Source: Pyrodictium abyssi
GTDB lineage: Archaea > Thermoproteota > Thermoprotei_A > Sulfolobales > Pyrodictiaceae
Length of the DNA: 32,000 bases
Assembly (NCBI RefSeq): GCF_036323395.1
Contig: NZ_AP028907.1
Location: 150,001-182,000, forward strand
Direction of reading: 5' to 3'
Shown here: positions 20,517 to 26,600 of the stretch, one piece after another
Layout: the number at the start of each line of letters is the position of its first letter
Numbering within the stretch: position 1 is the first letter of the stretch
Made by a program: the position numbers and the translations under genes
Notes under the pieces: generated by a model
Told to the model about the DNA's origin: nothing
Databases searched by the model: none
The model's input: the letters and a program-made list of their open reading frames with translations, nothing else

Positions 20517-21566
20517 TTGCTGCACCCTATAGAGCTTCCACTAAAGATAGTTATTGGCGATAACGCTCTCAGAGCTATACCGAGCCTACTCGAAGAGCTT
20601 GGCGTCAAAGGAGAGAGTATAGTAGTTATCTCCGGGCCGAATGTATGGAGCAAGTTTGGCGATAGGCTTCGATCCGTACTCGAGGACGTCGTCGAGTTCG
20701 AGAAACTCGATGCCCTACAGGCTAGCACTGTGTATGCCGAACAGCTCAGCGAGGAGGTTCGCGAATACTCTCCCCGCCTTGTGGTAGGCTTTGGCGGGGG
20801 TAAATCAATAGACCTCGCAAAGTATGTCGCGTACAAACTCCATCTACCAATGGTAAGTATTCCGACGAGTCCTTCCCACGATGGCATAGCGTCGCCATTT
20901 ACATCACTTAAGGGGCTCAACAAACCGTTCTCTATACGGACAACCACTCCCGTAGCAATAGTAGCCGATATAGACATTATGTCTTCTGCACCGATACGCC
21001 TTATAAGGGCGGGCGCGGGCGACCTTGTCGCCAAGCTAACAGCTATTAGGGACTGGAGGCTTGCACATAGGCTCAAAGGAGAATACTATGGCGAGTATGC
21101 TGCTAAGCTCGCTCTCCTTTCTGCTAAACATGTCATAGAGTATGCAGCAGAGATAGGACGGGGAGCGAAGGAGGCTATTAGGGTACTAGTAGAGGGGCTA
21201 GTGAGCAGCAGTGTGGCAATGTGTATTGCTGGCTCTACTAGGCCTGCTAGCGGCTCAGAACACTTGTTCAGCCATGCACTAGACCTGCTAGCGCCCGGCA
21301 AAGCCCTCCACGGCGAACAAGTGGCCCTCGGCACGATAATGATGATGTACCTCCATGGTGGAAACTGGAAACGCGTTAGGAACACTCTGCTAAAGCTCGG
21401 TCTCCCGGTAAGAGCACGCGACCTAGGCATAGAGGATGAGCTGGTTATTAAAGCCCTCACTATTGCCCATAAGCTTAGGCCTAGCAGGTATACTATACTT
21501 GGCGAGACCGGGCTAACTTGGGAAGCAGCGGAAAGGCTTGCAAGGATAACAGGAGTTATAGACTAG
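20517..21566 (+). CDS. egsA: sn-Glycerol-1-phosphate dehydrogenase (archaeal lipid backbone synthesis)
   Basis: The ORF is 349 aa. It is iron-ADH/DHQS-like, with GGGKSIDLAKYVA, SIPTSPSHDGIASP and ...SGSEHLFSHALD...HGEQVALG, which is characteristic of G1PDH. Confidence 0.92.
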   Translation: MLHPIELPLKIVIGDNALRAIPSLLEELGVKGESIVVISGPNVWSKFGDRLRSVLEDVVEFEKLDALQASTVYAEQLSEEVREYSPRLVVGFGGGKSIDLAKYVAYKLHLPMVSIPTSPSHDGIASPFTSLKGLNKPFSIRTTTPVAIVADIDIMSSAPIRLIRAGAGDLVAKLTAIRDWRLAHRLKGEYYGEYAAKLALLSAKHVIEYAAEIGRGAKEAIRVLVEGLVSSSVAMCIAGSTRPASGSEHLFSHALDLLAPGKALHGEQVALGTIMMMYLHGGNWKRVRNTLLKLGLPVRARDLGIEDELVIKALTIAHKLRPSRYTILGETGLTWEAAERLARITGVID

Positions 21567-21580
21567 CCTCTGTCAGAACG

Positions 21581-22339
21581 CTAAGCTTGGCCCGCTATGA
21601 AGCCATCAAGACGCTTTATTCCTTTCTTTAGCTGGCTTGGCTTCAACACGCCACGGTCAAGTTGCCGCGCTATATGCTTAGATATCCTATCAGCATAGTG
21701 GGTAGGCAAGGGTAGTTTTGTACCGAGAATCATCTCCATGGCTACGCGCAACGCCGAGTCAAGGTCTATACCGGCTCCCGGGCTAACATATATGGGCGCT
21801 CTAGACCTCTTGTTAGACACAACAAGGTAGGCAAGCTTGTAACCGTTCTCATCTACAAGGTATCCTACTATACACGGATACTCGATACATTGACTAACTC
21901 CTCTAACATGTACCTCATCTCCATAGAGTTTCTTCTTAGCTACTCCAATGCTAGGTTTGCCTAGAGCTAGTCCTATGTGTGTGGCTATACCAGCTCTTCT
22001 CGGGTGCGATATCCCGTGCCCATCGACTACTACCAGGTCGAAATCATGCCCGAGGCTCTGCAGTGCCGTGTATAGTAATGGTGCCTCGCGGAACGCTAGG
22101 AGCCCGGGTATGTACTCGAGCCTCGGCTCCCCTACAGCAACGGAATAATCGACTAACTGTTTGCTCTCAAAATCGACTAGCGTTGCGACAGCCACGCCAC
22201 CATACGTACGCGAGTAGGCCACATCCAAGCCTACAACATGCTTTGGGGTGACCCTAAGCGGTTTAATTGTATCTAGTGCTCTCTTGGCAATTCTCTTCTG
22301 GACGTCTATCAGTTTCTCTACGCTTCCGTAGGCTCTCAT
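21581..22339 (-). CDS. nfi: Endonuclease V
   Basis: The motifs GLDVAY, EYIPGLLAFREAP and VVVDGHGISHPRRAGIATHIG form the Endo V catalytic signature. At 252 aa the protein is somewhat longer than usual at the C-terminus. Confidence 0.9.
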   Translation of the reverse strand: MRAYGSVEKLIDVQKRIAKRALDTIKPLRVTPKHVVGLDVAYSRTYGGVAVATLVDFESKQLVDYSVAVGEPRLEYIPGLLAFREAPLLYTALQSLGHDFDLVVVDGHGISHPRRAGIATHIGLALGKPSIGVAKKKLYGDEVHVRGVSQCIEYPCIVGYLVDENGYKLAYLVVSNKRSRAPIYVSPGAGIDLDSALRVAMEMILGTKLPLPTHYADRISKHIARQLDRGVLKPSQLKKGIKRLDGFIAGQA

Positions 22340-22527
22340 GGCGGGACCTCATGTCCTGATTCCCGTCATATCATGCATCGAGGCTTTTTATGAGTGTAAC
22401 ATGTATCTCTTGTCTACGTAATTGCAGGGCTAGTATTTTAGGACTTTAATATACGTGTGGCCCACTAGCCCTCTCTAGCCTTCTACCTGGGCGATGCTGA
22501 TACAAGCGCTTGTAGTTATGGCTGAGG

Positions 22528-23145
22528 CTACAGTCTTATAGACTCCTCCTTCGCTTCTACACGGTCATCTATCCTTCTTATCACTAGCAAGTCTATGCCA
22601 TCACCGGAGATTGCATCACGTTCTATAGCTGCTCTTATAGCCGCAATGGCGAGTTTTCTTGCAGACTCTACGTCTATGTCCTTGCTGTACCCGTTTTCAA
22701 GTATGCCTATAGCTATTGGAGCGCCGGATCCTATTGCCGCGTAGTCATCCTCTATAAGGGAACCTACTGGATCCATTACGTATAGCCTAGCTACGCCATC
22801 TGGCTCTATACCCCCTATAAGGGTCTCCGAGAGGAGGGGGAAGTACTTGTTGGCATAGAGTATGTTTGCAAGAAGCTTTGCAGCAGCCCTTACACTCATA
22901 CGCCTACCCATCATCAAGCTGTGGTACTCCATCTCTGCCTTGAGAATCTTGCTTATCGCCTGCATGTCCGCGAATAGACCAGCCATGGCTATTCCTAGGT
23001 AGTCTGTTATCTTGTATACCTTTTTACCGGATTTACTTACCACGAACCCACCGTAGCTTACACGTTTCTCAGCTGCTAGTACGACGAAGCCTTCGCCACG
23101 TATACCGATAGCCGTTGCACCGATACCGTACTCGTGGTAGCTCAT
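22528..23145 (-). CDS. psmB: Proteasome subunit beta paralog lacking the canonical Gly-Thr1 processing/active site
   Basis: The ORF is 205 aa and beta-subunit-like throughout (VVLAAEKR..., GSGAPIA...). At the position of G|TTTVG it reads G-A-T-A-I-G. Confidence 0.9.
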   Translation of the reverse strand: MSYHEYGIGATAIGIRGEGFVVLAAEKRVSYGGFVVSKSGKKVYKITDYLGIAMAGLFADMQAISKILKAEMEYHSLMMGRRMSVRAAAKLLANILYANKYFPLLSETLIGGIEPDGVARLYVMDPVGSLIEDDYAAIGSGAPIAIGILENGYSKDIDVESARKLAIAAIRAAIERDAISGDGIDLLVIRRIDDRVEAKEESIRL

Positions 23146-23339
23146 ATTGTCTCTAACACCCCATGAACTACCGTGTATACATGGGTTAAATGGTATTCGC
23201 TAAAAATGCTGGAACAGTACCAGCCCCACCAAGCATCAATCATTACTTTCGGTTTACTCGGGGCCATACGTGTATTTGCTTGCTGCAACCACTTTATGGA
23301 GGCACACAGCGGCCTAGCACCCACGGGGTGCCCTATCTC

Positions 23340-23906
23340 ATGAACAGCTACAGCTACTATGCAGTCAGTGCTACAACTGCATGCCCCTACTGTGGCTCAG
23401 AAAACTTGATCCTGGATGCTCACGGAGGCGTACTAGTATGCCGCAGCTGTGGCGCCGTTATCGACGATACCGTGTTCGACGCTGCACCAACACCAACAGC
23501 CATAGCCACACCGGCACAGCCGACAGCTAAGCTTACAAAGACAGAGAGGGCCCGAATGCGTCTAGTAGCCCTCTCCATAACCATGTCACGGCGTCTATCA
23601 AGACTGCTCGAGACGACAGAGATAGATGATATACTAGACTATGCTAAAGCCAATACACCAGAAGTAATGGAGGTCTACGGAAACGCATGCCTACGGAGAT
23701 TACTAAAATCATTCAAGACGCCCGCAGAGAGGAAAGCAGCCCTAGAAGCGGCAATAACACTAATGAAGGGCGACTACCCTCTAACCTCGATACTATCTAA
23801 GCAATATGGCGTAAATAGGAGAAGACTACGATATATCATAAAGAGAATAATGGACTGTTTAAGCATTACACGCACTGTGGAAGTACTCTCAACAGCATTG
23901 GCATAG
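23340..23906 (+). CDS. Short TFB/TFIIB-like protein: N-terminal TFIIB-type zinc ribbon plus a roughly 120-aa helical C-terminal region
   Basis: CPYCGSENLILDAHGGVLVCRSCGAVIDD is a CPxCG...CxxCG TFIIB Zn ribbon. The C-terminus, ILSKQYGVNRRRLRYIIKRI, resembles the HTH at the end of a cyclin repeat. At 188 aa from ATG 23340 it is far shorter than a full TFB (about 300 aa). The tracked start at 23190 adds 50 non-protein-like residues. Confidence 0.7.
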   Translation: MNSYSYYAVSATTACPYCGSENLILDAHGGVLVCRSCGAVIDDTVFDAAPTPTAIATPAQPTAKLTKTERARMRLVALSITMSRRLSRLLETTEIDDILDYAKANTPEVMEVYGNACLRRLLKSFKTPAERKAALEAAITLMKGDYPLTSILSKQYGVNRRRLRYIIKRIMDCLSITRTVEVLSTALA

Positions 23907-24003
23907 GGTAAAACAGGGCAAAATAGCGGAGCAGAAGTACAACACGCGACAACATGGATGGGCGGAAGAACCGGAGGCAGGGAACCAGAGCGCTTGACAC
24001 AAA

Positions 24004-24124
24004 TGGTGGGGCCGCCGGGATTTGAACCCGGGACCACGGGGGCTCTTGCCGCCCGTGCGTGAACCCACGCCTTCCTCCGGAGCGGTCCCAAGCCCCGCAT
24101 CCTGCCAAGCTAGACGACGGCCCC
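24004..24124 (-). tRNA. tRNA-Pro (anticodon UGG) with a roughly 44-nt intron 3' of the anticodon, CCA encoded
   Basis: The reverse complement reads GGGGCCGTCGTCTAGCTTGGCAGGATGCGGGGCTTGGG[ACCGCTCCGGAGGAAGGCGTGGGTTCACGCACGGGCGGCAAGAG]CCCCCGTGGTCCCGGGTTCAAATCCCGGCGGCCCCACCA. The anticodon stem is CGGGG/CCCCG. The intron lies at about 24086..24043. Confidence 0.92.
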
Positions 24125-24362
24125 TTCCCAGCAGCCCAGGTAGGTGAGTTTTCACCCTATGGGCCTGGGTTATTTACTCTTATGACGGCTGGAGGTATGG
24201 CTGAAGGCATAATGCGTAGGGTTTACACGGGCTATTATACATGATATGGAATGCTAGAAGTCGATGAGGGTGTAATTGGGTTTTAGCGCCGGATACGAGA
24301 GACATAGACTACCCGTGATGTCATTACGGCGTAGGAGAAGTCGTTCGGTAGTGGTAGTTCAT

Positions 24363-24488
24363 GGGAGGGTGGGTTAATGGTAGCCGGGCGGGGATTCGAA
24401 CCCCGGTCACGGGGGTTCTCCCCGAGGGCTGTCTCGGGCCAGAGCCCCGCATCCTTGACCGCTAGACGACCCGGCTACCCACCCTCCC
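24363..24488 (-). repeat. Perfect 12-bp inverted repeat bracketing tRNA-Gln (arms 24363-24374 and 24477-24488)
   Basis: On the plus strand, gggagggtgggt (24363-24374) is the exact reverse complement of acccaccctccc (24477-24488). In the transcript the leader GGGAGGGUGGGU abuts tRNA nt 1, and the trailer ACCCACCCUCCC follows CCA-UUA. Confidence 0.9.
24378..24476 (-). tRNA. tRNA-Gln (anticodon CUG) with a roughly 23-nt intron, CCA encoded
   Basis: The reverse complement reads AGCCGGGTCGTCTAGCGGTCAAGGATGCGGGGCTCTGG[CCCGAGACAGCCCTCGGGGAGAA]CCCCCGTGACCGGGGTTCGAATCCCCGCCCGGCTACCA. The A1:U72 acceptor pair is typical of archaeal tRNA-Gln. The intron lies at about 24438..24416. Confidence 0.92.
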
Positions 24489-24576
24489 GGGCAGCCGTGT
24501 GGTTGTAGTGCCTCAGGGTAGGGTTTTTGAGTCTTGCTGGTATCACGGCAGTATTATCATCGATGAGATGAAGGTG

Positions 24577-24586
24577 TTTACTATAG
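24577..24586 (+). promoter_or_regulatory. TATA-like box (TTTACTATAG) about 25 nt upstream of GTG 24607, implying a leaderless mRNA
   Basis: The spacing from the box centre (about 24582) to the first codon (24607) matches the canonical archaeal TATA-to-TSS distance. Confidence 0.35.
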
Positions 24587-24606
24587 CAGTGGTCTGAGCT
24601 GGTTTA

Positions 24607-25083
24607 GTGGTTAAGCTTGTGTCACCTAGCAAAACCAGTCCCTACTGGGGTCTGCTAGTGGCTGTCCAGGAGCTGAGAGTCGTAGCACCATTGGCTACAG
24701 TGCACTCGTTATACTATCTAGCTGGGCTTCTTGGCTGGCAGCACGGCTACCGCTTTACGCTTACCAGCAGAGGGCCCTTCAGCAAAGAACTTGCACAGGA
24801 CCTAGCGAGAGGGCGTGCCCCCAAACCTCCCCGCCACGTGATAAAGCAGCTACAGTTACTGGTTGCTAAACTATGCGGGAATAGACCGTATTGTGGAAAA
24901 TACATAGTGGTCGCGGCACTGCTAGCAGCGTATGCAAGACTATATCCACCGCCGAAAGACCCCATAGCATACTATCTGCAGAGACACCCAGGAGTAGACC
25001 CCTTGCTTGTAAAGAGGGTAGCCGGCATCCTATCATCCCTAGGTATGTTGCCACTGCAGAGAAAGAGTCATAACCCCCAATAA
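24607..25083 (+). CDS. Hypothetical protein (158 aa) inside the tRNA island
   Basis: The GTG-start ORF has protein-like composition. The segment TVHSLYYLAGLLGWQHGYRFTLTSRGPFSKELAQDL is faintly reminiscent of Panacea/DUF4065-type domains (K.LYY... W..GP....L). That resemblance comes from memory only. Confidence 0.5.
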   Translation: MVKLVSPSKTSPYWGLLVAVQELRVVAPLATVHSLYYLAGLLGWQHGYRFTLTSRGPFSKELAQDLARGRAPKPPRHVIKQLQLLVAKLCGNRPYCGKYIVVAALLAAYARLYPPPKDPIAYYLQRHPGVDPLLVKRVAGILSSLGMLPLQRKSHNPQ

Positions 25084-25118
25084 CTAGCATGAGTACTCAA
25101 CGTGGAGCAAGCAAACGG

Positions 25119-25244
<126 letters not shown>

Positions 25245-25310
25245 CCCTCTAATCCCCCAGGACCCCACAATTCACCACACACGCCTTCTTCTCTACACCC
25301 CAAGATTAGG

Positions 25311-25320
25311 GCCTATATGC
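25311..25320 (+). promoter_or_regulatory. TATA-like box (GCCTATATGC) about 23 nt upstream of GTG 25339, implying a leaderless mRNA
   Basis: This is the only AT-rich hexamer (CTATAT, 25313-25318) in the spacer after tRNA-Met. Its distance to the first codon fits the TATA-to-TSS spacing. Confidence 0.35.
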
Positions 25321-25338
25321 ACTTCACGTACCACAGCG

Positions 25339-25659
25339 GTGGGTCCATTGCGCTCCATACACAGGGTTGTCAGAATACCCGGAGGAAAGACACTAGAAAT
25401 CACTATGACTGTAGACAAAGACTGCAGGATAGCGGACATTAGTATTAGTGGCGATTTCTTCGTCTACCCGCCAGAAGCTCTCGAGATGCTCGAGAGAGAG
25501 CTACAGGGCTGTAGCAATACCGACTGCATAGCTAGCGTGGTTGACCTCACCAGCAGGGGCGCTGAGGCACTTGGCTTCAGCTGGGAGCAGCTAGTTGAAA
25601 CCATAACCAGACTCTACCACACCGCCTGTAGTAGTATAAAGCACCTAGACCAACCCTAG
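25339..25659 (+). CDS. Stand-alone lipoate-protein-ligase C-terminal-domain-like protein (LplA-C/LplB-like)
   Basis: The ORF is 106 aa. The segment HRVVRIPGGKTLEITMTVDKDCRIADISISGDFFVYPPEALEMLERELQG matches the Lip_prot_lig_C pattern (..G.I..v.i.GDFf..P...l..lE..L.G). Confidence 0.65.
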   Translation: MGPLRSIHRVVRIPGGKTLEITMTVDKDCRIADISISGDFFVYPPEALEMLERELQGCSNTDCIASVVDLTSRGAEALGFSWEQLVETITRLYHTACSSIKHLDQP

Positions 25660-25761
25660 GCTTAGAGCTAGCAAGGGCTAGCAAAACAGAATTCTATCAA
25701 GGTGTGGCGCGCTATCATCGCTGAAGAATTAGCTACCGCAGAGGCAAAGGATGCGATCAGC

Positions 25762-25893
25762 AGGGGCGGCGGGTCCTGGAGCTGAGGGCCCTGGGTACGT
25801 GGCGGGCCCGCGGGGATTTGAACCCCGGACTACCGGCTTAGAAGGCCGGCGCCCTATCCTGGCTAGGCTACGGGCCCTTCTCCCGCCGCCCCT
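25762..25893 (-). repeat. Perfect 12-bp inverted repeat bracketing tRNA-Arg (arms 25762-25773 and 25882-25893)
   Basis: On the plus strand, aggggcggcggg (25762-25773) is the exact reverse complement of cccgccgcccct (25882-25893). In the transcript the leader arm ends 4 nt before tRNA nt 1, and the trailer arm starts 26 nt after the CCA. Confidence 0.9.
25800..25877 (-). tRNA. tRNA-Arg (anticodon UCU), no intron, CCA encoded
   Basis: The reverse complement reads GGGCCCGTAGCCTAGCCAGGATAGGGCGCCGGCCTTCTAAGCCGGTAGTCCGGGGTTCAAATCCCCGCGGGCCCGCCA. The anticodon stem is CCGGC/GCCGG and the loop is CTTCTAA. Confidence 0.95.
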
Positions 25894-26600
25894 CCGCACC
25901 ACCGCATGTGTAGCTCTCCTAGCAGCCGGGGTATATTGTTTACCTTGGCTCCTGGTACTAGCTCCTTTATAGCGAAGCCTGCTAGGTCGAATACCGCGTT
26001 AATACTAGTGCTTATAGTTATCGCGATGTCGCTGCTGGCTACAACATATCCACTGCTAGCATACTCGATTATCCTTTTATCGGCTGTTTTCGACACCTCG
26101 ACTACAACGCTGTGGTCCTTTAGCCTCCTCCTTAGGAGTGAAGCCGTCTCCCCGCTACGGCTTGGCTGACTATCAAGCACTACGACTGTTTTCCTAGGCC
26201 TTATCATCCCGAGCAACGCTGCCAGAATTGGTATTAGCACATCTATGTTTTCTACTACTAGACGTGGGCCCGCAAGTAACGCGTCACGGGTCAACCCATC
26301 ACTACAGACGAACACCGAGGCACCTATAACAGCCGCGTAGATTGTAGTTAACTGGTTAAACCCATCTATGACGAGATCTCGTCCTTCTAGATCAGCTGCT
26401 GCTACAAGTTTGCTCCGGATAGAGTCTGATACATGCTTTGAATGCACGCATCTAAAGAGAAGAATAGCTTCTGGCCTAGCGAGCCTGTATCTTCGCTTAA
26501 CTAGCTCCAAGGCCTCGCTACGTGGATATCCACGAGTAAGAAGGAAAAACATGTCGTAGAACGCGCCGGGGGGCACGTCAACGTTAAGTGTTATGCTCAC
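25863..26600 (-). CDS. DUF434-like N-terminal domain fused to a YacP/Rae1-like NYN (PIN-like) putative ribonuclease domain
   Basis: The ORF is 245 aa. The N-terminus, FYDMFFLLTRGYPRSEALELVKRRYRL, is DUF434-like. The C-domain carries LVIDGFNQL ... VVVLDSQPSRSGE ... VVASSDIAI, mirroring the YacP-type motifs (VDGYN / VVFD / TSD). The GTG start overlaps the alaS TGA (GTGA). The last 5 codons lie inside tRNA-Arg. Confidence 0.7.
   Translation of the reverse strand: MSITLNVDVPPGAFYDMFFLLTRGYPRSEALELVKRRYRLARPEAILLFRCVHSKHVSDSIRSKLVAAADLEGRDLVIDGFNQLTTIYAAVIGASVFVCSDGLTRDALLAGPRLVVENIDVLIPILAALLGMIRPRKTVVVLDSQPSRSGETASLLRRRLKDHSVVVEVSKTADKRIIEYASSGYVVASSDIAITISTSINAVFDLAGFAIKELVPGAKVNNIPRLLGELHMRWCGGAAGEGPVA

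Noticed and set aside
20468-21076. A 202-aa minus-strand ORF, with 21086..21460, antisense to egsA; and 30728..31177 antisense to rpl1
   Set aside because: They lie opposite clearly recognisable genes (G1P dehydrogenase and uL1) and have low-complexity, Ser-rich translations.
22427-22472. A 9-bp inverted repeat (AGGGCTAGT ... ACTAGCCCT) enclosing an AT-rich TTTAATATAC box between psmB2 and nfi
   Set aside because: The 30-nt AT-rich loop makes a stable hairpin doubtful. It is more simply a promoter-region TATA box with a chance flanking repeat, and CTAG-containing motifs are frequent throughout this sequence.
23190-23339. A 50-codon upstream extension of the TFB-like ORF (MVFAKNAGTVPAPPSINHYF...)
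   Set aside because: It would run through the divergent promoter region shared with psmB2. A TATA-like CTTTATGG lies about 45 nt upstream of ATG 23340, and the Zn ribbon begins right after that ATG.
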